Below, piece after piece: positions 38,574-52,967 of a stretch of 64,000 nt of DNA. The stretch is from Escherichia coli (GTDB lineage Bacteria; Pseudomonadota; Gammaproteobacteria; Enterobacterales; Enterobacteriaceae). Location: the NCBI RefSeq assembly GCF_050920415.1, contig NZ_CP169309.1; one strand, given 5' to 3'. Below the pieces are notes generated by a model. It did no database searches, was not told the DNA's origin, and worked only from the letters and a program-made list of their open reading frames with translations. Position numbers and translations under genes: made by a program. Each line of letters starts with the position of its first letter. Position 1 is the stretch's first letter.

Positions 38574-39992
38574 ATGCAGGAAAATATATCAGTAACCGAT
38601 TCATACAGCACCGGGAATGCCGCACAGGCAATGCTGGAGCAACTGCTGCAAATTTATGATGTCAAAACGCTGGTGGCGCAGCTTAATGGTGTGGGTGAGA
38701 ATCACTGGAGCGCGGCAATTTTAAAACGTGCGCTGGCGAATGACTCAGCATGGCACCGTTTAAGTGAGAAAGAGTTCGCCCATCTGCAAACGTTGTTACC
38801 CATTCCACCGGCACATCATCCGCATTATGCGTTTCGCTTTATCGATCTATTTGCCGGGATTGGTGGTATTCGTCGCGGTTTTGAATCGATTGGTGGGCAG
38901 TGCGTGTTTACCAGCGAATGGAACAAACATGCGGTACGCACTTATAAAGCCAACTATTATTGCGACCCGGCGGTGCATCACTTTAATGAAGATATTCGCG
39001 ACATCACTCTCAGCCACAAAGAGGGTATAGGTGATGACGCGGCGGCGGAACATATCCGTCAACATATTCCTGAGCACGATGTTTTACTGGCCGGTTTTCC
39101 TTGTCAGCCGTTTTCTCTGGCTGGCGTATCGAAAAAGAACTCACTCGGACGAGCGCACGGTTTTGCCTGTGATACCCAGGGCACGCTGTTCTTCGATGTG
39201 GTGCGTATTATCGACGCGCGTCGCCCGGCGATTTTTGTGCTCGAAAACGTCAAAAACCTGAAAAGCCACGACCAGGGGAAAACGTTCCGTATCATCATGC
39301 AGACGTTGGACGAACTGGGCTATGACGTGGCAGATGCAGAAGATAATGGCCCGGACGATCCGAAAATCATTGACGGTAAACATTTCCTTCCGCAGCACCG
39401 TGAACGCATCGTGCTGGTGGGTTTTCGTCGCGACCTGAATCTGAAAGCCGATTTTACCCTGCGTGAGATCAGCGAATGTTTCCCTGCACAGCGAGTGACA
39501 CTGGCGCAGTTGCTGGACCCGATGGTTGAGGCGAAATATATCCTGACGCCGGTGCTGTGGAAGTACCTCTATCGTTATGCGAAAAAACATCAGGCGCGCG
39601 GTAACGGCTTCGGTTATGGAATGGTTTATCCGAACAATCCGCAAAGCGTCACGCGTACGCTTTCTGCTCGTTATTACAAAGATGGCGCGGAAATTTTAAT
39701 TGATCGCGGCTGGGATATAGCCACGGGTGAGAAAGACTTTGACGATCCGCAGAACCAGCAACACCGCCCACGTCGGTTAACGCCTCGTGAATGTGCGCGC
39801 TTAATGGGCTTTGAAGCACCAGGAGAAGCGAAATTTCGCATTCCGGTTTCGGACACTCAGGCCTATCGCCAGTTCGGTAACTCGGTGGTCGTGCCGGTCT
39901 TTGCCGCGGTGGCAAAACTGCTTGAACCAAAAATCAAACAGGCAGTGGCGTTGCGTCAGCAAGAAGCAAAACATGGCCGACGTTCACGATAA
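38574..39992 (+). CDS. dcm: DNA-cytosine C5 methyltransferase (CCWGG)
   Basis: 472 aa with motifs [21 protein letters not shown] and QFGNSV. Confidence 0.93.
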   Translation: MQENISVTDSYSTGNAAQAMLEQLLQIYDVKTLVAQLNGVGENHWSAAILKRALANDSAWHRLSEKEFAHLQTLLPIPPAHHPHYAFRFIDLFAGIGGIRRGFESIGGQCVFTSEWNKHAVRTYKANYYCDPAVHHFNEDIRDITLSHKEGIGDDAAAEHIRQHIPEHDVLLAGFPCQPFSLAGVSKKNSLGRAHGFACDTQGTLFFDVVRIIDARRPAIFVLENVKNLKSHDQGKTFRIIMQTLDELGYDVADAEDNGPDDPKIIDGKHFLPQHRERIVLVGFRRDLNLKADFTLREISECFPAQRVTLAQLLDPMVEAKYILTPVLWKYLYRYAKKHQARGNGFGYGMVYPNNPQSVTRTLSARYYKDGAEILIDRGWDIATGEKDFDDPQNQQHRPRRLTPRECARLMGFEAPGEAKFRIPVSDTQAYRQFGNSVVVPVFAAVAKLLEPKIKQAVALRQQEAKHGRRSR

Positions 39993-40443
39993 GGCTACAC
40001 GCAGCAAAAATATGCGCGCAATTGCCACGCGCGATACGGCGATTGAGAAGCGCCTCGCCAGTTTGTTAACCGGGCAGGGACTGGCGTTTCGCGTTCAGGA
40101 CGCCAGTTTGCCCGGACGCCCGGATTTTGTTCTTGATGAATATCGCTGCGTGATATTTGCCCACGGCTGCTTCTGGCACCATCATCACTGCTATCTGTTT
40201 AAAGTGCCTGCGACTCGAACCGAGTTCTGGCTGGAGAAGATAGGTAAAAATGTTGAGCGCGATCGCCGCGACATTAGCCGCTTGCAGGCGCTCGGCTGGC
40301 GCGTACTGATTGTCTGGGAGTGTGCGTTACGTGGGCGCGAGAAGCTGACGGATGAAGCGCTTAGCGAGCGTCTGGAAGAGTGGATCTGCGGCGAAGGTGC
40401 CAGCGCGCAGATCGACACGCAGGGGATTCATTTACTCGCTTGA
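39973..40443 (+). CDS. vsr: Very-short-patch repair endonuclease
   Basis: Start at [17 protein letters not shown] gives 156 aa. It overlaps the dcm 3' end by 20 nt, as known for dcm-vsr. Confidence 0.92.
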   Translation: MADVHDKATRSKNMRAIATRDTAIEKRLASLLTGQGLAFRVQDASLPGRPDFVLDEYRCVIFAHGCFWHHHHCYLFKVPATRTEFWLEKIGKNVERDRRDISRLQALGWRVLIVWECALRGREKLTDEALSERLEEWICGEGASAQIDTQGIHLLA

Positions 40444-41352
40444 TGCGTCCTGAATAACTGGCGCAACTACGGGTTTTGCCGGGAAGAGATATTTTCCCAA
40501 CGTGACCAGTACCACCGCGAAGACAATCACGCCGAGCGCCAGCCATTCAATCTTAGACAGCGTCTCTCCGCCAAGTCCCGTACCCAGCAAGACCGCGACC
40601 ACCGGGTTAACGTAGGCGTAGCTGGTGGCGAGAGCCGGACTGACGTTGCGGATTAAATACATATAAGCGTTAATGGCGATAATCGAACCAAACAGCGCCA
40701 GATAGCCGACCGCAAGGAAGCCTGAAAGGGAAGGGAGCGCCGTCAGTTTTTCACCCGCAATCATCGACGCAATCATTAACACCACGCCAGCCGCCAGCAT
40801 CTCAATCGCACCCGCCATCATCCCTACAGGTAAGGTAATGCGCGAGCCATAAACCGAGCCAAACGCCCAGCTAATCGAGCCGATTAAAATCAGAATCGCA
40901 CCCCACGGATTGCCGCTTAAATTTCCACCGCTATTGAGCATGATGATTCCGGCAAGCCCAATGGCGATACCCACCCATTCCAGTTTGCGCGTTTTAATGC
41001 CAAACAGGCGGCTGAAGCACAGGGTAAAGAGGGGCACGGTTGCAACCACTACGGCGGCGATGCCGGAAGGAACATTTTGATGTTCGGCAACCGTTACCAT
41101 GCCATTACCGACAGCCAGCAATAACAGGCCAATCAGCGCGGCATTGAGCAGCGGACGTAGCGGGGGGAGTTTGTGTCCGCGCAGTAGCAAAAATGCCAGC
41201 AATAAAATACCGGCTGCCAGGAATCGAACGCCCGCCATCATTAACGGAGGCCAGCTTTCCACGCCAATCCGAATGACAAAATAGGTTGAGCCCCAAATGA
41301 TATACAACGCAAACAGCGCGCCAAAAAGCGGTAACAACTGGCGGAAACGCAT
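40432..41352 (-). CDS. yedA: EamA/DMT-family transporter
   Basis: 306 aa with 10 TM helices and duplicated EamA domains. Confidence 0.88.
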   Translation of the reverse strand: MRFRQLLPLFGALFALYIIWGSTYFVIRIGVESWPPLMMAGVRFLAAGILLLAFLLLRGHKLPPLRPLLNAALIGLLLLAVGNGMVTVAEHQNVPSGIAAVVVATVPLFTLCFSRLFGIKTRKLEWVGIAIGLAGIIMLNSGGNLSGNPWGAILILIGSISWAFGSVYGSRITLPVGMMAGAIEMLAAGVVLMIASMIAGEKLTALPSLSGFLAVGYLALFGSIIAINAYMYLIRNVSPALATSYAYVNPVVAVLLGTGLGGETLSKIEWLALGVIVFAVVLVTLGKYLFPAKPVVAPVIQDASSE

Positions 41353-41524
41353 AATCCCTCACGGTGAAAATAAAAAGGTGGTTCATAGTAAACGTGAAAA
41401 TCATTCTGCTGGCGAGAGATATAATTGCACTTGATTGTTAAAAAAATGTTGACCTATGAAGCAAGTATCAGAGCTGCCGTTTTTGCTTCATACTTACTCC
41501 CTTCAACAATAAAAATGAGAGGGA

Positions 41525-42442
41525 ATGCTTTTGGCCGGGAGTAGTTTACTGACGTTGCTCGATGATATCGCCACACTGCTGGACGATATCTCCGTGATGG
41601 GCAAACTGGCGGCGAAGAAAACCGCCGGTGTACTAGGGGATGATTTATCGCTCAATGCACAACAAGTTTCAGGTGTGCGTGCCAACCGGGAACTTCCCGT
41701 GGTCTGGGGAGTGGCGAAAGGATCGCTGATCAATAAAGTGATTCTGGTGCCGCTGGCGCTGATCATCAGTGCATTTATCCCGTGGGCGATTACGCCTTTG
41801 TTGATGATTGGCGGCGCGTTTCTCTGCTTTGAAGGGGTAGAGAAAGTGCTGCATATGCTGGAGGCGCGTAAACACAAAGAAGATCCGGCGCAGAGTCAGC
41901 AGCGTCTGGAGAAGCTGGCGGCGCAGGATCCGCTGAAGTTTGAAAAGGACAAAATAAAAGGGGCGATTCGTACTGATTTTATTTTGTCTGCGGAAATCGT
42001 CGCCATCACGCTGGGGATTGTGGCAGAAGCGCCGTTGCTTAATCAGGTGCTGGTGCTTTCAGGCATCGCACTGGTAGTGACCGTGGGCGTCTACGGGCTG
42101 GTAGGGGTTATTGTTAAGATTGATGACCTGGGGTATTGGCTGGCGGAAAAATCCAGCGCTCTGATGCAGGCATTGGGTAAAGGGTTATTGATTATCGCGC
42201 CCTGGCTGATGAAAGCGTTATCGATTGTCGGCACGTTGGCGATGTTCCTCGTCGGTGGCGGGATTGTGGTTCATGGTATTGCGCCGCTGCATCACGCCAT
42301 TGAACATTTCGCCGGGCAGCAAAGTGCAGTGGTGGCGATGATATTACCGACTGTTTTAAATCTGATACTTGGTTTTATCATCGGCGGCATTGTGGTACTT
42401 GGAGTGAAAGCGGTAGCGAAAATGCGCGGTCAGGCACATTAA
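41525..42442 (+). CDS. yedI: DUF808 inner membrane protein
   Basis: 305 aa, synteny and sequence as YedI. Confidence 0.85.
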   Translation: MLLAGSSLLTLLDDIATLLDDISVMGKLAAKKTAGVLGDDLSLNAQQVSGVRANRELPVVWGVAKGSLINKVILVPLALIISAFIPWAITPLLMIGGAFLCFEGVEKVLHMLEARKHKEDPAQSQQRLEKLAAQDPLKFEKDKIKGAIRTDFILSAEIVAITLGIVAEAPLLNQVLVLSGIALVVTVGVYGLVGVIVKIDDLGYWLAEKSSALMQALGKGLLIIAPWLMKALSIVGTLAMFLVGGGIVVHGIAPLHHAIEHFAGQQSAVVAMILPTVLNLILGFIIGGIVVLGVKAVAKMRGQAH

Positions 42443-42520
42443 TACTCGCACTGGCTATTATGCAAAATTCGCCATCTTCAACTAAGGTGAACAAGTTTCA
42501 CTCGAAAAAAGGAGGCGAGT

Positions 42521-42703
42521 ATGAGCTTTATGATTAGTGAGGAAGTAACGGTTAAAGAGGGCGGCCCGCGGATGATTGTCACCGGCTATTCCAGCGGTAT
42601 GGTTGAGTGTCGTTGGTATGACGGTTATGGGGTCAAGCGGGAAGCTTTTCATGAAACCGAGCTTGTTCCGGGGGAGGGGAGTCGTCCTGCGGAAGAAGTT
42701 TGA
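42521..42703 (+). CDS. yodC: Small protein YodC
   Basis: 60 aa (MSFMISEEVTVKEGGPRMIVTGY...). GGAGG RBS. Confidence 0.8.
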   Translation: MSFMISEEVTVKEGGPRMIVTGYSSGMVECRWYDGYGVKREAFHETELVPGEGSRPAEEV

Positions 42704-42717
42704 AAGAGTATCATTAA

Positions 42718-42746
42718 CATCAGGCCGGATCACATCCGGCCTGATG
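42718..42746. terminator. Perfect 13-bp stem hairpin after yodC (REP-like/terminator)
   Basis: CATCAGGCCGGAT-CAC-ATCCGGCCTGATG. Confidence 0.55.
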
Positions 42747-42873
42747 TGCCAATGCCTGCAATGAATGATTGTCGCGTCTTGTTATGTCACCATTATAAAA
42801 TTATGACTGTTTTGCGGTACGCTATCGCCAGGTTATGCCAGAATCATAAAAAAGCAGGTTGGGAGTCGTCAGG

Positions 42874-45398
<2,525 letters not shown>

Positions 45399-45544
45399 TT
45401 ACCAGGATGTTTCTCAAAACAGCACAAATAATCAAAGATGATTTTTTCGGGAGCGATCCCGTTGACGCCAGAGCCACCAAGGGGTGACGCGCGTCACATT
45501 TCTATTCATAAGTAGCGTTAATCATTCATATCGCGAATATTTTC

Positions 45545-45573
45545 TTGTCAGCGAAAAAAATTGCGGATAAGGT
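45545..45573 (+). promoter_or_regulatory. dsrA promoter
   Basis: TTGTCA-N17-TAAGGT, 5 nt upstream of the DsrA 5' end. Confidence 0.65.
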
Positions 45574-45577
45574 GATG

Positions 45578-45664
45578 AACACATCAGATTTCCTGGTGTA
45601 ACGAATTTTTTAAGTGCTTCTTGCTTAAGCAAGTTTAATCCCGACCCCCTCAGGGTCGGGATTT
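45578..45664 (+). ncRNA. dsrA: DsrA small regulatory RNA
   Basis: AACACATCAGATTTCCTGGTGTAACGAATTTTTTAAGTGCTTCTTGCTTAAGCAAGTTT.ATCCCGACCCCCTCAGGGTCGGGATTTTTTT matches the remembered DsrA sequence, including the terminator. Confidence 0.92.
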
Positions 45665-45677
45665 TTTTATTGTGCAT

Positions 45678-45905
45678 TCAACGATTCACTTCAGAGACGC
45701 TGAAGTCATGAATATCCAGTTCGAAGGCATCCGCCAATTCACGCCATGTATGATATTCACGTCCATCGACACTAACGTGTTCAGGATCGTGCTGGCTGCG
45801 ATGAACTTCGCTTTCGCTAATTTCATTGATCGCCGCCAGCAGGGCATCGACATCGACACTGACCTCACGTTTTGCGGTATCGCTGTACTCTTTTGCGGTT
45901 TTCAT
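45678..45905 (-). CDS. yodD: Stress-induced small protein YodD
   Basis: Start at MKTAKEYSDTAKREV gives 75 aa. Confidence 0.8.
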   Translation of the reverse strand: MKTAKEYSDTAKREVSVDVDALLAAINEISESEVHRSQHDPEHVSVDGREYHTWRELADAFELDIHDFSVSEVNR

Positions 45906-45977
45906 CATCTTTCCTCGCAACCGTTACTCTGTTGTTGCCGCCAGTCGTTAAGTCCGCCTGGCATCTCTTAAGTATAG

Positions 45978-46256
<279 letters not shown>

Positions 46257-46299
46257 TCTAATTCAGCCTGACTGGTGGGAAACCACCAGTCAGAATGTG

Positions 46300-46923
46300 T
46301 TAGCGCATGTTGACAAAAATACCATTAGTCACATTATCCGTCAGTCGGACGACATGGTAGATAACCTGTTTATTATGCGTTTTGATCTTACGTTTAATAT
46401 TACCTTTATGCGATGAAACGGTCTTGGCTTTGATATTCATTTGGTCGGAGATTTGAATGGTTCCCTGACCTGCCATCCACATTCGCAACATACTCGATTC
46501 GGTTCGGCTCAATGATAACGTCGGCATATTTAAAAACGAGGTTATCGTTGTCTCTTTTTTCAGAATATCGCCAAGGATATCGTCGAGAGATTCCGGTTTA
46601 ATCGATTTAGAACTGATCAATAAATTTTTTCTGACCAACAGATATTCATCAAAATGAACATTGGCAATTGCCATAAAAACGATAAATAACGTATTGGGAT
46701 GTTGATTAATGATGAGCTTGATACGCTGACTGTTAGAAGCATCGTGGATGAAACAGTCCTCATTAATAAACACCACTGAAGGGCGCTGTGAATCACAAGC
46801 TATGGCAAGGTCATCAACGGTTTCAATGTCGTTGATTTCTCTTTTTTTAACCCCTCTGCTCAACAGATACCCGGTTAAACCTAGTCGGGTGTAACTACAT
46901 AAATCCATAATAATCGTTGACAT
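46300..46923 (-). CDS. rcsA: LuxR-type colanic acid capsule co-activator RcsA
   Basis: 207 aa ([24 protein letters not shown]...) with a C-terminal LuxR HTH. Confidence 0.92.
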
Positions 46924-47173
46924 GGCATACCCTCACTCAATGCGTAACGATAATTCCCCTTACCTGAATATTTCATCATGACTAAACGGAACAACATGGG
47001 TCACCTAATGCGCCACTCTCGCGATTTTTCAGGCGGACTTACTATCCCGTAAAGTGTTGTATAATTTGCCTGGAATTGTCTTAAAGTAAAGTAAATGTTG
47101 CGATATGTGAGTGAGGTTAAAACAAATATTTCGCCACAGGAGTATCCTGGAAGATGTTCGTGGGTATTATTTT

Positions 47174-47187
47174 TCAGATAATCCTTA
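47174..47187 (-). promoter_or_regulatory. Candidate RcsAB box upstream of rcsA
   Basis: The minus strand reads TAAGGATTATCTGA, resembling the RcsAB box consensus TaAGaatatTCctA. rcsA is autoregulated. Confidence 0.4.
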
Positions 47188-47212
47188 GGATAACAAGATA
47201 AACATTAGGGAA

Positions 47213-47998
47213 TCATATTACAGGTAATTCGCTGATAATATCTGCCAGCAAATTAAAAATTTCACTGAATAAATGTTCGCAAAAAGGAGCAATTAACGGC
47301 ATTAATGCCGCCATTAATGAGATACCGACAGTCAGAGTTAATGGAAATCCAATAACAAAAATGGATAATTGCGGGGCCATACGATTCAGTAAACCTAATG
47401 CCAGATTCAGTGTCAGCAGCAGAGTAATGAGCGGTAACGCCAGCATCAGTCCATTGAGGAAAATCAAACTCCCTGCTTTGGTGAGTGCCAGAAACGCATT
47501 GCTATTCAGCGGCTCGCCACCAATAGGCAGGGTGTGAAAGGTATCCACCAGCAGTGAAATCAGCCATAAATGACCGTTAAATGTCAGGAACAGCAGTAAC
47601 GCCAGCATATCCATGATGCGCGCTAAAACGGGCATATTGAGATGGCTGCCCGGATCGACAAACGTCGCAAATGACAGTCCCATTTGCAGACCGATAATTT
47701 CGCCAGCGGTTCGCACAGCGGCAAAAGCAAACTGCATGGTAAAACCAAGCGCAATGCCGATCAGGATCTGCTGCACGGCCAGCCACAGAGCAAAGAACGA
47801 AAAAACAGGAACATCGTTGGCAGGTAAGGATGGGGCAATGGCGAACGTGATCATCATTGCGAGACCCAGTTTGACCCGTTTCGGCACGCTACGTTCGCTC
47901 AGAATTGGCGCGGTAGAAATGAGCGCCAGCACGCGTAGTAACGGCCAGAAGTACAGACTTAGCCAGGAAAGCCATTGATCGCTTGTCACCTGCAACAT
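47213..47998 (-). CDS. fliR: Flagellar export apparatus protein FliR
   Basis: 261-aa polytopic membrane protein, last gene of the fliL operon. Confidence 0.93.
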   Translation of the reverse strand: MLQVTSDQWLSWLSLYFWPLLRVLALISTAPILSERSVPKRVKLGLAMMITFAIAPSLPANDVPVFSFFALWLAVQQILIGIALGFTMQFAFAAVRTAGEIIGLQMGLSFATFVDPGSHLNMPVLARIMDMLALLLFLTFNGHLWLISLLVDTFHTLPIGGEPLNSNAFLALTKAGSLIFLNGLMLALPLITLLLTLNLALGLLNRMAPQLSIFVIGFPLTLTVGISLMAALMPLIAPFCEHLFSEIFNLLADIISELPVI

Positions 47999-48006
47999 TG
48001 TACGGG

Positions 48007-48276
48007 CTACCCGATGATATACGGCAGGTTAGTGAACAAGGTGCGGACGTAATCCAGCAACAGATTGAGCATCCACGGTCCAGCAATAATAATGGCGATA
48101 AATACGGCGATGATTTTCGGAATAAACGACAGCGTCATTTCATTAATCTGCGTGGCGGCCTGCAAAATACTGATGATAAGGCCCGTGACCAACGCCACCA
48201 GCAACAGCGGGGCAGCCAGCGCCAGCGCGACTTTCATCGCTTCAGTCCCCATCATCATGACCGATTCAGGTGTCAT
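48007..48276 (-). CDS. fliQ: Flagellar export apparatus protein FliQ
   Basis: 89 aa, 2 TM helices. Confidence 0.93.
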   Translation of the reverse strand: MTPESVMMMGTEAMKVALALAAPLLLVALVTGLIISILQAATQINEMTLSFIPKIIAVFIAIIIAGPWMLNLLLDYVRTLFTNLPYIIG

Positions 48277-48285
48277 TTTGCCTCT

Positions 48286-49023
48286 CTAGCTGTAAAAGCT
48301 CTGCGCCAGCGAACCGACCAGCAATTGCCAGCCATCCACCAGTACAAACAGCATCAGTTTAAAGGGCAGAGCAATGGTGGCAGGGGGGACCATCATCATC
48401 CCCAATGCCATCAGCACGCTGGCAATCACCAGGTCGATAATCAAAAAAGGAATGAAAATCGTGAAGCCTATCTGAAATGCGGTTTTCAGCTCGCTGGTCA
48501 CGTAGGCCGGGAGCAAAATGCGCATTGGCACGGCTTCAGGTCCCTGCAACGGGCCGGTATTCGCCAGTCTGGCAAACAACCCTAAATCTGCCTCGCGGGT
48601 CTGACGCAGCATAAACTCACGCAGCGGCTGCGCCCCTTTTTCCAGCGCCTCCTGCATTGAGATTTTCTCTTCGCTGAACGGCTGGTATGCATCGACATAA
48701 ATTTTGTCGATCACCGGCGACATTATAAAAAAGGTCAAAAACAGTGCCAGCCCCAGCAATACCTGGTTGGGTGGTGCGGAGGGCGTGCCCAGCGCGTTTC
48801 GCAATAATCCAAAAACAATGATGATACGGGTGAAACTGGTCATCATCAGTAAAATCGCTGGAATAAACGTCAACGAGGTGATGAACACCAGCGTCTGCAC
48901 CGGGAGGGACCAACTTTGTCCACCGCCAGGCAGCGGCTGACTGGTGATACCCGGCAGTTGTGCGAAGGCGAGAGGGGTAACCAGCCAGAGAAGAACAGGT
49001 GCGACAGACAACAAACGACGCAT
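48286..49023 (-). CDS. fliP: Flagellar export apparatus protein FliP
   Basis: 245 aa with a signal peptide and TM helices. Confidence 0.93.
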   Translation of the reverse strand: MRRLLSVAPVLLWLVTPLAFAQLPGITSQPLPGGGQSWSLPVQTLVFITSLTFIPAILLMMTSFTRIIIVFGLLRNALGTPSAPPNQVLLGLALFLTFFIMSPVIDKIYVDAYQPFSEEKISMQEALEKGAQPLREFMLRQTREADLGLFARLANTGPLQGPEAVPMRILLPAYVTSELKTAFQIGFTIFIPFLIIDLVIASVLMALGMMMVPPATIALPFKLMLFVLVDGWQLLVGSLAQSFYS

Positions 49024-49388
49024 CAGGATCTCCCGCTACGCTTAAGCAAGTTTTTCATGACCGACTGAAAATCGGTCTGCGGTATCTCTTCCGTTGGCGC
49101 AGAAGAGGGAAGTTTATGCAGCAGATTGATTTGCCCTGCGGTAACGCCGAGCACTAGGCGTGCATCTTCCACATCGACTACCACGACCCTTTCACGCGCG
49201 CCCAGCGAAGCACTGGCGCTAATTTTCAGACCGTTAACGCCAGTTCGTTTGGGGGCAAATCCCAGCCGTTTTACTAGCCAGGCAGCAGCGAGGATCAGGG
49301 CAATAATGGCGATCAGTGCGCCGCTCACCTGCAGCAGCGGCGCAGCAGAAACCGGCGCGGACGGTTGCACAGTAGCGTGGTTATTCAT
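49023..49388 (-). CDS. fliO: Flagellar protein FliO
   Basis: 121 aa with a single TM helix. Confidence 0.9.
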   Translation of the reverse strand: MNNHATVQPSAPVSAAPLLQVSGALIAIIALILAAAWLVKRLGFAPKRTGVNGLKISASASLGARERVVVVDVEDARLVLGVTAGQINLLHKLPSSAPTEEIPQTDFQSVMKNLLKRSGRS

Positions 49389-49390
49389 CG

Positions 49391-49804
49391 CTAACGGCTC
49401 AGGCGGCGCATTCGCTCAGACGGAGTAATGATATCGGTGATCCGCACGCCATATTTATCGGCAACGACCACCACTTCGCCCTGGGCGATTAAATAACCAT
49501 TGATCAGAATATCCAGCGGTTCGCCTGCCAGGCCGTCCAGCGCTACGACTGACCCTTGTGTCAGGCGCAACAGCTCTTTGATGGTCATCCGCGTGCGGCC
49601 CAGTTCGACGGTCAGCTTAACCGGAATATCCATAATCAGGTCGATATCCTGCAACGTTCCGCTGACATCACCGCCGCCAAATTGCTGGAATACCGCGTCT
49701 GCAGCGCTTTTACTGCTGGTTGATTTTTGTTCGCTCAACGCTTCAGCCCACAGATCGTCCATTGCGCCGTTGTTATCATCGGCCGGATTATTCAAGTCAC
49801 TCAT
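49391..49804 (-). CDS. fliN: Flagellar motor switch protein FliN
   Basis: 137 aa with a SpoA domain. Confidence 0.93.
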   Translation of the reverse strand: MSDLNNPADDNNGAMDDLWAEALSEQKSTSSKSAADAVFQQFGGGDVSGTLQDIDLIMDIPVKLTVELGRTRMTIKELLRLTQGSVVALDGLAGEPLDILINGYLIAQGEVVVVADKYGVRITDIITPSERMRRLSR

Positions 49805-50805
49805 TTGGGCTGTTCCTCGTTCAGAGAATTCAAAATCGGGTTAATCAAATGTTCAATCCGTAACGCATACTGGCCGTTGAGAGTGCCGTACTGGCTGGTC
49901 AGCACCGGAACGCCGTCAACATGGGCGATGATGCGATCGGGTTTTTCTATCGGCAGGACGTCGCCGGGTTTCAGTTTTAAAATCTGCGACAGACGCAGCG
50001 ATATATCGGCAAAGTTAGCGACCAGCTCCAGCTGTGAGTGCTGCACCTGACGCACCAGGTTATCGCGCCAGTTCTGATCTTCATTTCGTGAGTTTTCCAG
50101 CGGCGGGTTAACCAACAATTCCCGTAGCGGCTCGATCATGCTGAATGGCAGACAGATATTAAATTCGCCGGTCAGGTTGCCAATCTCCACATGGAACGGT
50201 GTGTTAACCACGATGTCGTTCGGCGAGGTGGTGATATTGGTAAATTTCACCTGCATTTCCGAACGCACGTACTCGACATCCAGCGGATTAATTGCCTTCC
50301 AGGCGTCGCTATAGCCTTCCAGCGCCAGCTTCAACATACGGTTGATGACGCGCTGTTCAGTATGGGTAAACTCGCGACCTTCCACTTTGGTTGGGAAGCG
50401 TCCATCGCCGCCAAACAGGTTATCCACGGCGATAAACACCAGACTCGGCGAGAACACCACCAGCCCTGTGCCGCGTAGCGGTTTCAGGTGGATTAGGTTC
50501 AGGTTGGTCGGCACCGGCAGGTTGCGGGCAAATTCATGGTACGGCTGAATGCGGATGGCCCCGACGGTAATGTCCGGACTACGGCGCAATAGGTTGAACA
50601 GCCCCATACGGAAATGGCGGGCAAAACGCTCATTAATGATTTCCAGCGCCTGCAAACGTTCGCGTACAACCCGTCGTTGGGTATTCGGATCGTACGGACG
50701 AATGTCACTATCGCCGCTAACACTGGCCGTCGGTTCGTCTTTGACTTCGCTGTCACCATTCAACAGCGCATCAATTTCAGCTTGAGAAAGAATACTATCG
50801 CCCAT
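49801..50805 (-). CDS. fliM: Flagellar motor switch protein FliM
   Basis: Start at MGDSILSQAEIDALLNG (CheY-P binding motif) gives 334 aa. Confidence 0.93.
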   Translation of the reverse strand: MGDSILSQAEIDALLNGDSEVKDEPTASVSGDSDIRPYDPNTQRRVVRERLQALEIINERFARHFRMGLFNLLRRSPDITVGAIRIQPYHEFARNLPVPTNLNLIHLKPLRGTGLVVFSPSLVFIAVDNLFGGDGRFPTKVEGREFTHTEQRVINRMLKLALEGYSDAWKAINPLDVEYVRSEMQVKFTNITTSPNDIVVNTPFHVEIGNLTGEFNICLPFSMIEPLRELLVNPPLENSRNEDQNWRDNLVRQVQHSQLELVANFADISLRLSQILKLKPGDVLPIEKPDRIIAHVDGVPVLTSQYGTLNGQYALRIEHLINPILNSLNEEQPK

Positions 50806-50809
50806 GTCG

Positions 50810-51274
50810 TTATCGCAGAATAAAAGCGGTATACAGCACGTCGGTGACATCCTGTTTCGGTTGCCCGGCAACAAGCGGGGTGGAAAGTGTGGCTTTAATC
50901 TCAGCAATCAGGCTTTTCTTGCCTTCTTCTGTCGCCAGTACGGCAGCATCCTGACGCGAAAACAGTAACAGCAAACGGCTACGGACTTCCGGCAAATACT
51001 CACTTAGCCGCGAGCGGGTAGCTTCATCTTTTAGCCGCAGAGTTATGCCGATATAAAGTACGCGATCCGCATCACCCAAATTGACCGTAAAGGTATCCAG
51101 CGCATAGAAGACCGGGGAGGGCACGACGCGCTGCTGCGCTTTGTCGTCAGCGGCAACCTGATGCGAATGCCAGTAGCTGTAACCTGCGCTGGCACAGGCC
51201 GCGAGGGTAATGAATACCAGAATCGGGATCCAAAGCGATCGCTTGCTTTTCTTGCTTATCGCGTAATCAGTCAT
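50810..51274 (-). CDS. fliL: Flagellar basal-body-associated protein FliL
   Basis: 154 aa with a single TM helix. Confidence 0.92.
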   Translation of the reverse strand: MTDYAISKKSKRSLWIPILVFITLAACASAGYSYWHSHQVAADDKAQQRVVPSPVFYALDTFTVNLGDADRVLYIGITLRLKDEATRSRLSEYLPEVRSRLLLLFSRQDAAVLATEEGKKSLIAEIKATLSTPLVAGQPKQDVTDVLYTAFILR

Positions 51275-51303
51275 GTGTTGCGGTCTTCCTGTGTCGCTAC
51301 TGC

Positions 51304-51330
51304 TTATCGGCTAATTATCCTGCGTCTTGA
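51304..51330 (-). promoter_or_regulatory. Sigma-28 (FliA)-type promoter element upstream of fliL
   Basis: The minus strand reads TCAAGACG-N11-GCCGATAA. The -10 is a perfect match to the sigma-28 GCCGATAA. The class 2 FlhDC region is not delimited. Confidence 0.5.
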
Positions 51331-51378
51331 ACGCAACAAAGCGGGGAAAAGACGCGGATTACGGTGCTACCTCTGACG

Positions 51379-52506
51379 TTAGGCGAAAATATCAACGCCA
51401 CTGTTGTCTGTTACGCGCCCTTGTAAAGAGACGGGAACGGGTAGCGCATCGTCGTCTTCACCCGCCAGAGGTTCATGATTTGCTGTGCGCTGGCTTTGCT
51501 GTTGCTGTGAAGCGGCCTGTTGCTGACCACTAAAGCTTTCGCCACTGATGTTGCTTTGCCCTAACTGAATGCCACTTTCTGCCAGCTGCGTACGCAGTAC
51601 CGGTAGCGCAGCTTCCAGCGCGGCGCGTACGTGCTGATGCGGTGACACCATCTGGATTTGCGCCTGGCTATCATCCACTTTGAGGGAGATTTGTACTTCA
51701 CCTAAATCCTGCGGGTGCAGACGCAACTCTGCGCTTTGTTGCCCCTGGCGGGTAAACAGCGAAATATGCTGGCTTAATGATTGTTGCCATTCGTGAGAAC
51801 CCAGCGGCGCACTCAAAACAGGTGCTGCGACGGTGGGCATCGGCTGTGTCTGGTGCGGAGTGATGAGCGGGCTGACGGCAGCGGTCACCGGCGAAGGTGT
51901 GCTGATGACTTCCGCTTTACTCTGGGCCTCTGCTACCAGCGGTGTTACTGGCTGAGCTTGCGCGTCAGGGGCGTCATCGGGCTGTGCGGTTGTGAATTGC
52001 GCCGTAGTCAGTTTTGTGTAGAGAGTTGGTTTCTCTGTCGGTAACACGGTTGACGGCGCATCAGCCACTTTGGGCGTATTGTCAAAACCCGGCAACATCG
52101 CAAAAAGGGCGCTCAGGCTTGCGGTGACGTCTTCATTAAGCTCATCCGCTTTTTCGTCTTTTGTCGTATTTTTGTCAGCCACCGCAGCCAACGTCATCGT
52201 CTGAGCGGTGGTTAACGGTGTTGATGTGGATTGTTCGTCGTTGATGACAGGCGGTATTCCATCCTCAGGGATCAGTAAATCCGCTTGTTGCACATCGGAA
52301 AGAATATCGCTAACCAGCGGCTCGCCTTTTGTTGTGGGCTTCTCTGTTGCCACCAGCAACTGGGGGGCCGCTTTGTCGGTTGTTGTTTCACCTGCTAATG
52401 CTCCGCTCAACAATGCGAGAAAATCTTGTGTAACATCGCTGGCTTTACCGCCGGGCAATATGGCGGTGTCAACGTCAGCGGTAATCACGGGCGCTAAGCG
52501 AATCAT
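51379..52506 (-). CDS. fliK: Flagellar hook-length control protein FliK
   Basis: 375 aa with a Pro/Gln/Thr-rich ruler and conserved C-terminal domain. Confidence 0.92.
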   Translation of the reverse strand: MIRLAPVITADVDTAILPGGKASDVTQDFLALLSGALAGETTTDKAAPQLLVATEKPTTKGEPLVSDILSDVQQADLLIPEDGIPPVINDEQSTSTPLTTAQTMTLAAVADKNTTKDEKADELNEDVTASLSALFAMLPGFDNTPKVADAPSTVLPTEKPTLYTKLTTAQFTTAQPDDAPDAQAQPVTPLVAEAQSKAEVISTPSPVTAAVSPLITPHQTQPMPTVAAPVLSAPLGSHEWQQSLSQHISLFTRQGQQSAELRLHPQDLGEVQISLKVDDSQAQIQMVSPHQHVRAALEAALPVLRTQLAESGIQLGQSNISGESFSGQQQAASQQQQSQRTANHEPLAGEDDDALPVPVSLQGRVTDNSGVDIFA

Positions 52507-52946
52507 TCGGGTTTCCTCATGGTGGCACGTTGGGCGAACTCATCCATCTTTTTCTGATCGAGACGGTTTTCTGCAAGCAGTGCCGCCGTGGATTGCCGTT
52601 CCTGCAGTGTCTGCCAGGCCTGCAAACGTTGTTTCTTTTCTCGCCAGCTGTTCAGGGCAATGTCTACTTTCTGCGTCCACTGATTAAGTTGCTGGCGATG
52701 CTGAGTAATGGCTTTTTCCAGCGTCTGGATAAACTGCTGATAGTTGATCCAGCGGTTACTGGTCATCCCGGCACTCATATCGCTGTTGAGGTTATTGCGA
52801 TATTCATTCTGATAATCGATCAGCATTTTGAGTTGTTCCTCTGCCTGCTGGCATCCGCGACGCATTTCACCCAGCAGGCGCGCGGCATCTTCTACCTCTT
52901 TTTCTGCCAGATCTTTCAGGGTCGCCAGCGCGCCATGTTCTGCCAT
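52503..52946 (-). CDS. fliJ: Flagellar export chaperone/stalk protein FliJ
   Basis: 147 aa coiled coil. Confidence 0.92.
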   Translation of the reverse strand: MAEHGALATLKDLAEKEVEDAARLLGEMRRGCQQAEEQLKMLIDYQNEYRNNLNSDMSAGMTSNRWINYQQFIQTLEKAITQHRQQLNQWTQKVDIALNSWREKKQRLQAWQTLQERQSTAALLAENRLDQKKMDEFAQRATMRKPE

Positions 52947-52967
52947 CTGCCGTTATCTCCTGCGTTT

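Noticed and set aside
39141-39644. 167-aa minus-strand ORF inside dcm.
   Set aside because: It is antisense to a methyltransferase gene with all canonical motifs. Considered spurious.
47983-48585. 200-aa plus-strand ORF rich in His/Arg/Gln/Asp, antisense to fliQ/fliP.
   Set aside because: Low-complexity antisense translation of conserved flagellar genes, with no RBS.
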